Shown: positions 26,739 through 37,360 of the stretch, in pieces
How positions within the stretch are numbered: position 1 is the stretch's first letter
How the letters are laid out: every line of letters begins with the position of its first letter
Origin: an uncultured Acidobacteriota bacterium
GTDB lineage: Bacteria > Acidobacteriota > Thermoanaerobaculia > Multivoradales > UBA5704
Assembly: GCA_963700145.1 (NCBI GenBank)
Contig: OY969474.1
Span: 160,001-224,000 of the forward strand
Direction of reading: 5' to 3'
DNA: 64,000 bases
Program-made: the position numbers and the translations under genes
The notes under the pieces: generated by a model
The model's input: only the letters and a program-made list of their open reading frames with translations
The model's database searches: none
Told to the model about the DNA's origin: nothing

Positions 26739-28649
26739 ATGAGCGAACAGGGTTCTCGCGCCGCCACTCTTCTCGCAGTCCTTCTCCTGCTGCTTACGAC
26801 AGGGGCGCGCGCAATGCCCCCTCCGCGCGACGGTGGGGAACTCCCGGAGGCCTACCTGGAGAGGGTCGAAGAGGACCCCAGGGCGTTCACCTTCAGCCGT
26901 GCCTTGCTCGGCCAGGTGCAGAGGATCCGGAACAACCGGGCGCGCGCGGCCATCGGGGCGCTCGCCGCCGAAGACATTGATGCAGTCGGCGGCATCGCGG
27001 TTGAAGGGGAGCGTTCCATCCCCGTCCTACCGGTGAAGTTCGGCAACACCGGACAGGATCCTTATGCCGCGGCCGCGCTGCAGCGGCAGCTCTTCGACGG
27101 TCCCTCCGCCACGGGGACGATGACCGACTACTACCGCGAGGTCTCTTATGGGCTGCTCACCGTGACAGGCACCGTCCGCCCGTGGGCGACCCTGGCACGC
27201 GACGACACGTTCTACGAGGGCGCCGACTTCCGCGGGACTGGCGGGGTCATGAAGCCCTGTAACGGTATGTGCCGCGGCGCTGCCACTGGGGACCTCCTGA
27301 AAGAGGCGCTCACGGCCAACGATACCGACCTGGATTTCGGACAGTTCGACAACGACGGGCCGGACGGCGTTCCCAACTCAGGCGACGACAACGGCTTCGT
27401 GGACTTCGTCGCCTTCGTCCATCCGGAAGCCGGGGGCGAATGCGAGGAAGCGGCGAGCGTCCGGAACATCTGGTCTCACCGCTGGGTCTACAGCGCTTGG
27501 AAGGGGCAGGCCTTCGTCACCGGTGATAGGAAGCACGGAGGCGGCTTCATCCGTGTGGACGATTACGTGATCACGCCCGCCGTGGCCTGCGATCAGACGA
27601 CGATGATTCAGATCGGCGTCTTCGCGCACGAGTTCGGCCATGCCTTCGGGCTCCCCGACCTGTACGACACGGACCGCGAGAACGGCGAGTCCGAGGGCGT
27701 CGGGCACTGGTGTCTGATGGGGGCCGGCGCGTGGGGAGGGGATGGCAAGCATCCCGAGCGTCCCGCTCACCTGTCGGCGTGGGCCAAGAGCTTCCTCGGC
27801 TGGATCTTCCCCCATCCCGTGAGGGTCGGCGAGGAGTTCAGACCGGCCGAGATCCCGGCGATCGAGACGGCGCGTCTCGCCTTCAAGATCCCGATCTCGC
27901 CGAGCCAGTACTACCTCGTTGAAAACCGGCAACGGCAGGGCTTCGACGAACACCTCACCGGCAGCGGTCTGCTGATCTGGAAGATAAACGACAGCGCCGT
28001 CACCGCGGGCCTCCTCGGCAACAGCGTGAACGCCGACGAGACCAACAAGGGAGTCGGCCTCGAGCAGGCTGACGGCCTCGACGAGCTCGACGGCGTTGGC
28101 AATCGCGGGGACGACGGGGATGTCTTCGCGGGGAGCACCCGCAACACGCGGTTTCAAAACAGCTCGCGGCCCCGGAGCTTCGGCCGGACCGCCGTCTGCG
28201 ATGTCGGCGCCGCCGGGCCGGTCATGACGGCTCACCTCCTAACCGGCACGGGCACTTGTCCGGACACGCCGCAGGCCGCCCCCGCGGCCGCGGCGCCGGC
28301 AACGGTCGAGCCTACTCAGCCCGCAGAGCACGTTTCCATCTCGGATATGGCGGCGACGCCGGAGAGATATCTCAACCAGAGCGTTCGCCTGACCGGCACC
28401 CTCGTGAATCTGGGGACCAATCTATTCACCGACCGTCGCATCGTTCTCCGGGACGCCGCAGGGACCACGATCGAAGTGGAGCCGTGGCTCCCCTTGGAAA
28501 GCCCGCCGGGGGGCCGGGCCGGGCCGGCGACGCTCGCCAACTATCTCGGCAAGAAGGTCGAGATCCTCGGCGAGCTCGAACGAAAGACGGTCGACGGCCA
28601 AACCCTCGTGCTCGAGGTGACGGAGGCCGAGGTGGTACCGCCGTCGTAG
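26739..28649 (+). CDS. M6 family (immune inhibitor A-like) metalloprotease with an extra C-terminal domain
   Basis: YYREVSYG, IWSHRW, GVFAHEFGHAFGLPDLYD, WCLMGAG, YYLVENRQ; signal peptide. Confidence 0.9.
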   Translation: MSEQGSRAATLLAVLLLLLTTGARAMPPPRDGGELPEAYLERVEEDPRAFTFSRALLGQVQRIRNNRARAAIGALAAEDIDAVGGIAVEGERSIPVLPVKFGNTGQDPYAAAALQRQLFDGPSATGTMTDYYREVSYGLLTVTGTVRPWATLARDDTFYEGADFRGTGGVMKPCNGMCRGAATGDLLKEALTANDTDLDFGQFDNDGPDGVPNSGDDNGFVDFVAFVHPEAGGECEEAASVRNIWSHRWVYSAWKGQAFVTGDRKHGGGFIRVDDYVITPAVACDQTTMIQIGVFAHEFGHAFGLPDLYDTDRENGESEGVGHWCLMGAGAWGGDGKHPERPAHLSAWAKSFLGWIFPHPVRVGEEFRPAEIPAIETARLAFKIPISPSQYYLVENRQRQGFDEHLTGSGLLIWKINDSAVTAGLLGNSVNADETNKGVGLEQADGLDELDGVGNRGDDGDVFAGSTRNTRFQNSSRPRSFGRTAVCDVGAAGPVMTAHLLTGTGTCPDTPQAAPAAAAPATVEPTQPAEHVSISDMAATPERYLNQSVRLTGTLVNLGTNLFTDRRIVLRDAAGTTIEVEPWLPLESPPGGRAGPATLANYLGKKVEILGELERKTVDGQTLVLEVTEAEVVPPS

Positions 28650-28752
28650 CCGCGCGAGCGACTCCGCTCGCCGTCGAAGTCTTGGGGGCTGCTCTCTCGT
28701 CGCGAGGTTCGTCGTCTGGGCCTTCCGGACCCTTGGGTACAATCCCCTCGAG

Positions 28753-30467
28753 ATGCTCCGCGAGCTGCACGTCAAGAACCTGGCCGTGCTGGCGGAGGCG
28801 CGGGTGGAGCTCGCGGCGGGGCTCAACGTGCTCTCGGGGGAGACCGGGGCGGGGAAGTCGATCGTCGTGGATTCCTTGGCGCTGCTGGCCGGGGCGCGGG
28901 CTTCGCTCGACCTGATCCGCACCGGCGCCGAGAGCCTCTGGCTCGCCGGGGTGTTCGCGCCGGAGGGCGCCGGCTGGCGCGAGCTGCTGGAGGCCGCCGG
29001 GCTCGACGCCGAGGGAGACGAGGTGCTGGTCCGCCGCGAGATCGCCCGCGGCGGCAAGAGCCGCGTCTTCGTCAACGACCAGCCGACGACGCTCCGCCTC
29101 CTCGCCGACCTCGCGCCCTACCTCCTCCGCATCCACGGCCAGCGTGACGAGCTGGGCCTCACCACGCCCGACCTGCAGCGCGAGTGGCTCGACCGCAGCG
29201 GCGGCGAGGCGGCGGTGCCGCTGCTCGGCCGCGTCGCCGACGCCTGGGCGCGCCACGCCCGCCTCGCCGAGCGCCTCGCCGGCCTCGAAGGGGACGAGCG
29301 CGCCCGCCGCGAGCGGCTCGACCTCCTCCGCTTCCAGGCCGGCGAGATCGACACCGCGCGCCCGGTTGGCGGCGAGGAGAACGACCTGCGCGCCGAGCGC
29401 GACCTGCTGCGCCACGCCGAGGCGATCGCCCGCGGCCTCGGCGGCTCGCTCGCCCTGCTCTTCGAGGAGGAGGGGTCGGCGGTGGACCGCGTCGCCCGCG
29501 CTCACGCCCTCCTCCAGGAGATCGCCGCCTGGGACCGCGAGGCCGGCCCCTGGGCGGCCGAGCTCGACGAGCTGCGGGCGCGGCTCGCCGAGGTCGCCCA
29601 CGGCGTCGCCCGGCGGCTCGACGGCCTGGAGGCCGACCCGGCGCGCCTCGACGCCGTCGAGGAGCGCCTGGCCGTCCTCGAGCGCCTGTTCAAGAAGCAC
29701 GGCGGCTCCTCGGCGGCGCTCCTCGCCCGGCGGCGGGAGATCGAGACCGAGCTCGCCGAGCTGACCGGCGACGAGGCGGGGCGGGAGGAGCTGGCGGCGC
29801 GGGCGGCGGCGACGCTCGCCGAGTACCGCGAGGCGGCGCTCGCCCTCTCGGCGGCGCGCGCGACGTGGGGGAAGGCGCTGGCGGAGCGCATGCGGGCCGA
29901 GCTGGCGGACCTCGGGCTCGGCAAGGCGCGCCTGGCCGTCCGGCTCGAGCGGCGCCGGCGTGCCGACAGTCCCCTCGTCCTCGACGGCGAGCCGGTCGAG
30001 ATGGGCGCCGAGGGCGTGGACCAGGTGGTCTTCACCTTCGCCCCCAACCCCGGCGAGGAGCCGCGCCCACTCGCCCGGATCGCCTCGGGGGGGAGCTCGC
30101 CCGCCTCTACCTCGCCCTGCAGCTCGCCGCCCGGGTGGACGCCGAGGAGGCGCGCCCGACCCTGGTTTTCGACGAGGTGGACGCCGGGATCGGCGGCGCC
30201 GAGGCGGCGGCCTTGGGCCGCAAACTGCAGCGGCTGGCGCGCGGCGGGCAGATCCTGGCGGTGACCCATCTGCCCCAGGTCGCCAGCCACGCCGACACCC
30301 ACTTCCGGGTGGCCAAGCGGGTCGAGCGCGGGCGGACGCACGTGGCGGTCGAGCCGCTCGACCGCACGGCGCGGGTCGAGGAGGTGGCGCGGATGCTCGC
30401 CGGCAGCGAGGTCACCCGCCTTTCGCTGTCGCACGCCCGCGAGCTGATCGCCGCGGCGGCGCGATGA
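28753..30467 (+). CDS. recN: DNA repair protein RecN, frameshifted at the G7 run 30087-30093
   Basis: LSGETGAGKS and IHGQ in the first frame; SGGE-LAR, FDEVDAGIGG and VTHLPQVA continue in another frame. Confidence 0.9.
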
Positions 30468-31102
30468 CGGCGCCGCCGGCCTTCTGGCGCTGGGGGGACC
30501 CGGTCGCCCCTCTCGCCGCCCTCCTCGCCCGCGGCGGCCTCCTCGCCGTCCCTACCGAGTCGAGCTACGCCCTGGCCGCCGACCCGCGCAATGCGGCGGG
30601 GGTCGCCGCGGTTTACAGAGTGAAGGGGCGAGACGCGGGCAAGCCGCTGCCGGTGGTGGTGGCGGGGCCCGAGCAGCTCGCCAGCTTGGGGATCGACCCC
30701 GGGCTCCCTATACTGGACGCCCTCGCCGCGCTCTGGCCGGCGCCGCTCACCGTGGCGCTGCCGCTCACCCGGCCGCTGCCCGCGGCGGCGGGGGAGGCGA
30801 CGCTGGCGGTGCGGGTTCCGGCCCACGCCGGCCTGCGGCGCCTGCTCGCCGCGCTGGGGACGCCGCTGACGGCGACCAGCGCCAACAGGAGCGGCGGGCC
30901 GCCGCTGCTCGAGCCGCACGACGCGGCCGAGCTGCTGGCGGGTGAGGACGCTGTGGTGGTGGACGGCGGTTGTCTCCCCGGAGGGGCGCCGTCGACGCTC
31001 GTGGAGCTCGGCCCCGCCGGCCTCCGCGTGCTGCGTGAAGGGGCCTTCCCGGTCGAGCGCCTGCGCGCCCGGCTCGGCGAGGCGCAAATGGACTCTCGCT
31101 GA
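30464..31102 (+). CDS. tsaC: L-threonylcarbamoyladenylate synthase (TsaC/YrdC)
   Basis: PTESSYAL, YRVKGR..KPL, AVRVP, TATSANRSG, PST; ATGA overlap with recN. Confidence 0.88.
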   Translation: MTAPPAFWRWGDPVAPLAALLARGGLLAVPTESSYALAADPRNAAGVAAVYRVKGRDAGKPLPVVVAGPEQLASLGIDPGLPILDALAALWPAPLTVALPLTRPLPAAAGEATLAVRVPAHAGLRRLLAALGTPLTATSANRSGGPPLLEPHDAAELLAGEDAVVVDGGCLPGGAPSTLVELGPAGLRVLREGAFPVERLRARLGEAQMDSR

Positions 31103-31115
31103 CCGAGGAAGCACG

Positions 31116-33071
31116 ATGAACCGCCGCTCGCTCCCAGCCCCTCTCCTCGCCCTCGCCCTGCTCGCGGCCGTCGCCGCGCCCGCCGCCGCGGCACCGCCCG
31201 CGCCGGCCCCGGCCGCCGCCGCCACCATCCCGATCGACGAGGTCCACGTCGGCCAGAAGGGCTACGGCCTCTCGGTCTTCACCGGCGGCCAAGTGGAGCG
31301 CTTCGAGGTCGAGGTGCTGGGCGTGCTTCGCAACCTCACCCCGGACACCAGCTACATCCTGGCGCGGCTCACCGGCCACGGGCTGGAGAAGCACGGCGTC
31401 ATCGCCGGCATGAGCGGCAGCCCGGTCTTCCTCGACGGCCGGCTGGCCGGCGCGGTGGCGTTCGGCTGGCCGTTCTCGAACGACGCGGTCGGGGGCATCA
31501 CGCCGATCGCCGACATGCGCCGGCTCAACAGCCTGGCGTCTTCGGCGGCCACACCCGCCGCGAGCCCGCCCTTGCCGCCGGTGGCGCTCGCCGACCTGCT
31601 CGGCGCCAAGCTCCCCGCCGGATTGCTCGAGCGCGAGCTGGCGCGCCTGCGGCCGCCGGTCGCCGCGGGCGGCGTGTCGAGCGTCCAGTGGTCCGCCGCC
31701 GGCTTCGGCGAGCTGTCCCAGGGGCTCCTGCGGCAGGCGCTCGGGCCGGTCTTCTCGGCCGGCGCGGCGCCCGGCGGCACCGGTACGGCACTCCCCGGCG
31801 CCGCCCCCGCCACCCTTGCGCCCGGCGCCGCGGTCGGCGCCGTGCTGATCGACGGCGACCTCAAGTTCGCGGCCACCGGCACGGTCACCGACGTCGAGGG
31901 CGACCAGGTCATCGCGTTCGGTCACCCCCTCCTCGGCCTGGGCCCGATCTCGCTGCCGATGGCGAGCTCGGAGATCGTCACCGTCATCTCGAACCAGTAC
32001 AGCTCGTTCAAGATCGCCAACCTCGGCGTGCCGATCGGCGCCTTCGAGCAGGACCGCTCGGCCGGCATCCAGGGGCGGCTCGGTGCCACGGCGCCGATGA
32101 TCCCGCTGACCCTGCGCGTCGGCGGCGCCGAGAAGTCGCGCACCTTCCACATGCGCCTGGCGGAGGTGCCGCAGTTCACGCCGCTTCTTCTCGCCACCTC
32201 CGCGCTCGGCGGGCTCGAGGCGGCGACGTACATCGGCGGCGCCCACGGCCTCGATTTGACGGCCCGCTTCCGGCTCTCCGGCGGGCGCCAGCTCGCGCTG
32301 CGCCAGAGCTTCGCTGGCGACGGCGCGGCGCTGCAGAGCGCCACCTTCCTGCTGGCGGTCGCCGCCTACCTGCTGCAGAACCCGCTCGAGCGGGTGGCCG
32401 TCGAGGAGATCGAGGTGGACCTCGGGCAGCAGGACGAGCCGCGCTCGGCCCAGCTCGTCGGCGCCCACGCCGAGCGCACCGTCGTGCGGCCGGGCGAGCG
32501 GGTGGCCCTCAACGTCGACCTCGTCCCCTACCGCGGCGCGCCCTTCCGCCGCACCTTCCAGCTCGACCTGCCGCAGGACCTGCCGGCCGGCCGCTACTCG
32601 CTCCTGGTCGGCGACGGCACCAGCGTCGACGCCGCCCGCTTCGCCATCGAGCCGGTCGAGCCGGTGACCTTCGCGCAGGCGCTCGACCTCCTCGGCTCGC
32701 TCCACTCCCGCCGCGACATCGTGGCGCTCGGCGTCTTCGGCGGCCAGGGGCTGGCGATCGCCGGCGAGGTGCTGCCGCGCCTCCCGGCCTCCGTGCGCTC
32801 GCTCTGGGCCGGGACGCCCACCGGCGGCGCCGTGCCGCTCAAGCTCGCCGTCGCGCAGCAGCACCTGGAGCCCGTGGACCTGCCGGTCGAAGGGTTGGTG
32901 CGGGTGGACCTGGAGGTGCGCCGCCGTGAGCCGCAGGCCGCGGCCGAAGCGCAGCCGGACGCGGCGGGCGCCGTGGGCGAGGAGGCGGCGCCGGGCGAGA
33001 AGCCGGCCGCTGCACCGCCGCCGCCGGCCGGCAAGGCCGGTAAGGCGAAGCCGGGAGGGAAAGGACGATGA
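31116..33071 (+). CDS. SpoIVB peptidase S55-domain secreted protein
   Basis: GVIAGMSGSPV..GRLAGAV, TGTVT, AFGHP. Confidence 0.88.
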   Translation: MNRRSLPAPLLALALLAAVAAPAAAAPPAPAPAAAATIPIDEVHVGQKGYGLSVFTGGQVERFEVEVLGVLRNLTPDTSYILARLTGHGLEKHGVIAGMSGSPVFLDGRLAGAVAFGWPFSNDAVGGITPIADMRRLNSLASSAATPAASPPLPPVALADLLGAKLPAGLLERELARLRPPVAAGGVSSVQWSAAGFGELSQGLLRQALGPVFSAGAAPGGTGTALPGAAPATLAPGAAVGAVLIDGDLKFAATGTVTDVEGDQVIAFGHPLLGLGPISLPMASSEIVTVISNQYSSFKIANLGVPIGAFEQDRSAGIQGRLGATAPMIPLTLRVGGAEKSRTFHMRLAEVPQFTPLLLATSALGGLEAATYIGGAHGLDLTARFRLSGGRQLALRQSFAGDGAALQSATFLLAVAAYLLQNPLERVAVEEIEVDLGQQDEPRSAQLVGAHAERTVVRPGERVALNVDLVPYRGAPFRRTFQLDLPQDLPAGRYSLLVGDGTSVDAARFAIEPVEPVTFAQALDLLGSLHSRRDIVALGVFGGQGLAIAGEVLPRLPASVRSLWAGTPTGGAVPLKLAVAQQHLEPVDLPVEGLVRVDLEVRRREPQAAAEAQPDAAGAVGEEAAPGEKPAAAPPPPAGKAGKAKPGGKGR

Positions 33072-35302
33072 GGGTCGAGACCCGCACCGCCGCCCTCCTC
33101 CTCGCCGCCGCCCTGGCCGCCGCGCCGCTCGCGGCCAGCGAGGTGCGCGTCTTCCAGACCCAGACCCAGGCCGGCTTCCTCGCCGGCACGCTCGAAGGCC
33201 TCTCGGTCGATCCGCTGGGCCGGCTCGAGCTGGCGCACCGCGCCGAGCGGCTGACCGCCCTCGGCGAGCCCTTCCTCCTCTCGGCGGCCCGCCACCCCGA
33301 GGGTTGGGTCGTCGGCACCGGCAACGCCGGCAAGGTCTTCCTGGTCGGCGCGAAGGGGGAGGTCCGCGAGCTCTTCGCCGCCGCCGAGCCCGAGGTCTTC
33401 GCCGTCTGGGCCGACCCCGACGGCACCGTCTTCGCCGGCACCTCGCCGGGTGGCAAGGTCTACCGCATCCCGGGGAAGCCCGAGGGCGCCAAGGGGGAGC
33501 TCTACTTCGCCAGCGGCGAGACCTACGTCTGGGCGCTCGCCCGCTCGACCGACGGCGCCCTCCTCGTCGCCACCGGCACGCAGGGGAAGCTCTTCCGCGT
33601 CACCGGCCCGGAGAAGGGCGAGCTCCTCCACGACAGCGACGACACCCACGTCCGCACCCTCGAGCCGCTGCCGGGCGGCGCGCTCCTCGCCGGCACGGCG
33701 GGCGAGGGGCTGGTGCTCCGCCTCGACGCGCCGAGCTCGCGGGCGGCGCAGGTCCGCACCCTGCACGACGCGACGCAGCCCGAGGTCGTGGCCCTGGCCG
33801 CCGCGCCGGACGGCACGATCTACGCCGCCCTCGTCGCCTCCGAGGCGAGCCTGGTCGATCCCTCGCGCACGGCGGCGGCACCTATGCCAAGCGATGCGCC
33901 CGTCGCCGGCTCGCCCGAGGCGCAGAACCAGGCGGCGGTGATCGTCGCGGAAGGCGAGGCGGCCGCGGCCGCTCTCGGCATGCGCCGGCCCGACGACAAG
34001 GGGCCGCGCAGCGAGCTGGTGCGCATCTCGCCCGCCGGCCTGGTCGAGAGCGTCTGGGAGTTCCGCGACGAGACGGTCTACGACCTCTCCTGGCAGGCGG
34101 ACCGCCTGTGGGTGGCGACCGGGCTCGAAGGCAAGCTCTTCAGCTTCGACGGCAGCCAGATGCTGCTCGAGAAGGACGTCGACGAGCGGCAGGTGGTGGC
34201 GCTGGCCGGCGGCGCACCGGGCGACCCGGGGCCGGCCTTCGCCACGACCAACGCCGCGGCCTTCTACCGGCTGACCGCCGCCACCGAGAAGACCGGCACC
34301 TACACCAGCGCCGCGCTCGACGCCGGCCAGATCGCCCGCTTCGGCAGCTTCCGCTGGCGCGGCGAGGCGCCGGCGGGGAGCGGCGTCCGCTTCTCCTTCC
34401 GCAGCGGCGTCTCCTCCGAGCCCGATCGCACCTGGTCGCCGTGGAGCGAGGCGCGGGAGGGGAAGGAAGTGACGCTCGCCGGCGTGCCCGCGGGGCGCTA
34501 CGTCCAGTGGCGGGCGGAGCTCCGCGCCGCCGAGAGCGCCTCGCCCCGCCTCTACGGCGTCGAGCTCTCCTACCGCCAGGAGAACCTCAGCCCCAAGATC
34601 GACACGCTGAGCGCGCTCGATCCCGGGCAGATCCTCGTGCCTTCGAACTTCAACCCCTCGAACCAGGTCTTCGAGCCCGCGCACCCCAACCGCGAGGGGA
34701 TCTTCACCACGCTGGAAGAGGCCGACCAGGGCGAAGACGGACGCCTCAAGCCGCTGTGGAAGAAGGGCTTCCGGTCGCTGCGCTGGCGCGCCGCCGACCC
34801 CAACGGCGACGAGCTGCTCTACGAGCTCTCCTTCCGCCCGGTGGACGCGAGCGGCGCGACGGGCGACGGCGGCTGGCTGCCGGTGGTGAAGGAGCTCGAC
34901 GAGGACTGGTACAGCTTCGACGCCACGGTCCTGCCCGACGGCGTCTACCGTTTCCGCCTGGTCGCCTCCGACCGGTCGAGCAACGAGCCCGACGAGGCGA
35001 AAACGGCCGAGCGGCTCTCGGAGCCGGTGGTCGTCGACCACACCGCTCCCCGGCTCGGCACGGTGACGCACGGCAGGAGCCTGCTGGTCGCCGTCGCCGA
35101 CGAGCTGTCGCCGCTGCGCGAGGCGGTGTGGAGCGCCGACGCCGGCGAGTGGAAGCCGGCCGAGCCGGAGGACGGCCTCCTCGACGGCCGCAGCGAGACG
35201 CTCCACCTGGACGTGCCGGCCGGCAGCCGCCTGGTCCTCCTGCGGGTGACCGACGCCGCGTACAATGTCGTGACCTTCGACCTCTCGCGCGAGACACGAT
35301 GA
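33068..35302 (+). CDS. Secreted beta-propeller protein with C-terminal Ig-like domains
   Basis: Repeated GT..GKV(Y/F)R blades; DPNGD, LPDGVYRFRLVASD; ATGA coupled to the S55 gene. Confidence 0.75.
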   Translation: MRVETRTAALLLAAALAAAPLAASEVRVFQTQTQAGFLAGTLEGLSVDPLGRLELAHRAERLTALGEPFLLSAARHPEGWVVGTGNAGKVFLVGAKGEVRELFAAAEPEVFAVWADPDGTVFAGTSPGGKVYRIPGKPEGAKGELYFASGETYVWALARSTDGALLVATGTQGKLFRVTGPEKGELLHDSDDTHVRTLEPLPGGALLAGTAGEGLVLRLDAPSSRAAQVRTLHDATQPEVVALAAAPDGTIYAALVASEASLVDPSRTAAAPMPSDAPVAGSPEAQNQAAVIVAEGEAAAAALGMRRPDDKGPRSELVRISPAGLVESVWEFRDETVYDLSWQADRLWVATGLEGKLFSFDGSQMLLEKDVDERQVVALAGGAPGDPGPAFATTNAAAFYRLTAATEKTGTYTSAALDAGQIARFGSFRWRGEAPAGSGVRFSFRSGVSSEPDRTWSPWSEAREGKEVTLAGVPAGRYVQWRAELRAAESASPRLYGVELSYRQENLSPKIDTLSALDPGQILVPSNFNPSNQVFEPAHPNREGIFTTLEEADQGEDGRLKPLWKKGFRSLRWRAADPNGDELLYELSFRPVDASGATGDGGWLPVVKELDEDWYSFDATVLPDGVYRFRLVASDRSSNEPDEAKTAERLSEPVVVDHTAPRLGTVTHGRSLLVAVADELSPLREAVWSADAGEWKPAEPEDGLLDGRSETLHLDVPAGSRLVLLRVTDAAYNVVTFDLSRETR

Positions 35303-35829
35303 ACCGGACCGTCGCGGTCTATCCGGGGTCGTTCGACCCCGTCCACAACGGACACCTCGACGTCATCGACCGCTGCCGCCCGCTCTTCGGCGAGGTGGTG
35401 GTGGCGGTGCTCGCCAACGAGGAGAAGCAGCCCTGCTTCTCGGTCGAGGAGCGGCTGGAGATGCTGCGCGAGCTCCTCGCCGAACGCCCCGGCTGCCGCG
35501 TCGAGAGCTTCTCCGGCCTGCTCGTCGACTTCATGGACCGGCTGGGCGCGCGCTGCGTGGTGCGCGGCCTGCGCGCCGTCTCCGACTTCGAGTACGAGTT
35601 CCAGATGGCGCTGATGAACCGGCGGCTCAACCCGCGGGTCGAGACCGTGTTCATGATGCCGCACGAGGACTACAGCTACCTCTCCAGCCGGCTGGTCAAG
35701 GAGGTCTTCCGCCTCGGCGGCGACCTGACCGGTCTGGTGCCGCAGCCGGTGCTCGACCGGCTCGGCCGGCGCCTGGGCGCGGGCGCCGCCGCCGCCGCGC
35801 CGCGCCGTGCCGCCGAGCCCGCGCGTTGA
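35299..35829 (+). CDS. coaD: Phosphopantetheine adenylyltransferase
   Basis: AVYPGSFDPVHNGHLD, RGLRAVSDFEYE, LSSRLVKE. Confidence 0.96.
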   Translation: MNRTVAVYPGSFDPVHNGHLDVIDRCRPLFGEVVVAVLANEEKQPCFSVEERLEMLRELLAERPGCRVESFSGLLVDFMDRLGARCVVRGLRAVSDFEYEFQMALMNRRLNPRVETVFMMPHEDYSYLSSRLVKEVFRLGGDLTGLVPQPVLDRLGRRLGAGAAAAAPRRAAEPAR

Positions 35830-36896
35830 CCTCGCCCCTCGACACCTTCCTCTTCCGCATGCCGAAGGTGGAGCTGCACGTCCACCTCGAAGGGTCGATG
35901 CGGCCGGCGACGCTGCTGGCGCTGGCGCGCCGGCACAACATCGAGCTGCCGGCGCGCGACGAGGCGGGCCTCCAGCGCTGGTTCCGCTTCCGCAGCTTCG
36001 AGCACTTCGTCGACGTCTACCTCACCTGCTCGCAGGCGCTCGTCGACGCCGAGGACTTCCGCCTCCTCACCCTCGACTTCATGGCCGAGATGGCGCGGCA
36101 GAACGTCCTCTACGCCGAGGCCCACTTCACGATCGGCACCCACCTGGCGAACGGCCGCGACGGCGAGGAGCTGCGGCAGGCGCTGGCCGAGGCGGTGGCG
36201 GAGGGGGAGCGGCAGCACTACGTGCGGCTGCGGCTGGTCACCGACATCGTGCGCAACGTGCCGCAGATGGCCGACCACACGCTGGAGTGGGCGCTGTCGG
36301 GGAAGGGCGATCTGGTCGCGGCGCTCGGGCTCTCGGGGTTCGAGGCCGTCTTCCCCAGCCACCCCTTCCGCGAGCACTTCGAGTACGCGGCGCGCCAGGG
36401 GCTCCACCGCGTGGCGCACGCCGGCGAGCACGCCGGGCCGGGCTCGGTGCGGGCGGCGCTGGAGGTCTGCCAGGCCGAGCGCATCGGCCACGGCGTCCGG
36501 TCGGTCGAGGACCCGGAGCTGGTCGCCGAGCTGGCGCGGCGCGCCGTGCCGCTGGAGATCTGCCCGAGCTCGAACGTGCGTCTCGGGGTGGTGCCCGACC
36601 TGCCGAGCCACCCCTTCGATCGCCTCTACCGCGGCGGCGTGCCGGTCACCGTCAACTCCGACGACCCGCCCTTCTTTGACACCACGCTGACCGACGAGTA
36701 CCGCCGCCTCCAGCAGGCCTTCGGCTACGGCCCGGCCGACCTCGCCGGCTTCTCGCTGACCGCGCTACGCCACTGCTTCCTGCCGGACGCCGAGAAGGCC
36801 GCCCTCGAGGAGGAGTTCCTGCGCCAGTTCGACCGTCTGGGACGGAAGCTCCTGGGCGAGCCGGTGCTACCCGCCGCGGCGGCCGCCGCGGGCTAG
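35826..36896 (+). CDS. add: Adenosine/adenine deaminase
   Basis: PKVELHVHLEGS, AHAGE, RIGHG, CPSSN, NSDDP. Confidence 0.92.
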   Translation: MTSPLDTFLFRMPKVELHVHLEGSMRPATLLALARRHNIELPARDEAGLQRWFRFRSFEHFVDVYLTCSQALVDAEDFRLLTLDFMAEMARQNVLYAEAHFTIGTHLANGRDGEELRQALAEAVAEGERQHYVRLRLVTDIVRNVPQMADHTLEWALSGKGDLVAALGLSGFEAVFPSHPFREHFEYAARQGLHRVAHAGEHAGPGSVRAALEVCQAERIGHGVRSVEDPELVAELARRAVPLEICPSSNVRLGVVPDLPSHPFDRLYRGGVPVTVNSDDPPFFDTTLTDEYRRLQQAFGYGPADLAGFSLTALRHCFLPDAEKAALEEEFLRQFDRLGRKLLGEPVLPAAAAAAG

Positions 36897-37234
36897 GCGC
36901 TCTGCCGGCACCAGGGGCAGTCCGACTCGGCCTCCACCTGGTCCGACGCGGAGTCGATCTCCGTGCCGCTGACCGTGCTCGACGGCGCCTCCTGGGCCGC
37001 CAGGATGCCGATGTCCTCGAACTTCGTCCGCAGCATCGCTCCTTCCGACCCGCCCCACACCTGCAGCGGCGTCGGCTCGACCGGGTCGCCGTTCTCGTCC
37101 TTGCCCGGCGTGACGATCCACAGGAAATAACGACTGGTGAGCGCGAGCACCGCGCTCAGGTCGAGCGTCTTGCCCGCGGCCCCGGTGGCGACCGAGGCGG
37201 TGAGGCTCGAAAGGACTTCGATCTGTGTCGGCAT
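36893..37234 (-). CDS. Orphan 113-aa acidic protein with a C-terminal CPWC
   Basis: Clear AAGGAG RBS 5 nt before ATG; AT-rich upstream region. Confidence 0.65.
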   Translation of the reverse strand: MPTQIEVLSSLTASVATGAAGKTLDLSAVLALTSRYFLWIVTPGKDENGDPVEPTPLQVWGGSEGAMLRTKFEDIGILAAQEAPSSTVSGTEIDSASDQVEAESDCPWCRQSA

Positions 37235-37360
37235 GGCATCTCCTTATTAGGATTCTTTCCTGCGTAGAACAGTGACGAACGGCGAGCAAAAAAACCTCAT
37301 TTCCGATGATACGCTCCAGCCCCGCCTGAACAAACTCCCGCACTCCAAGGAGGGCTCGGC

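Noticed and set aside
28650-28752. LexA box upstream of recN
   Set aside because: Only one GTTC half-site; no convincing GTTC-N7-GTTC or CTGT-N8-ACAG.
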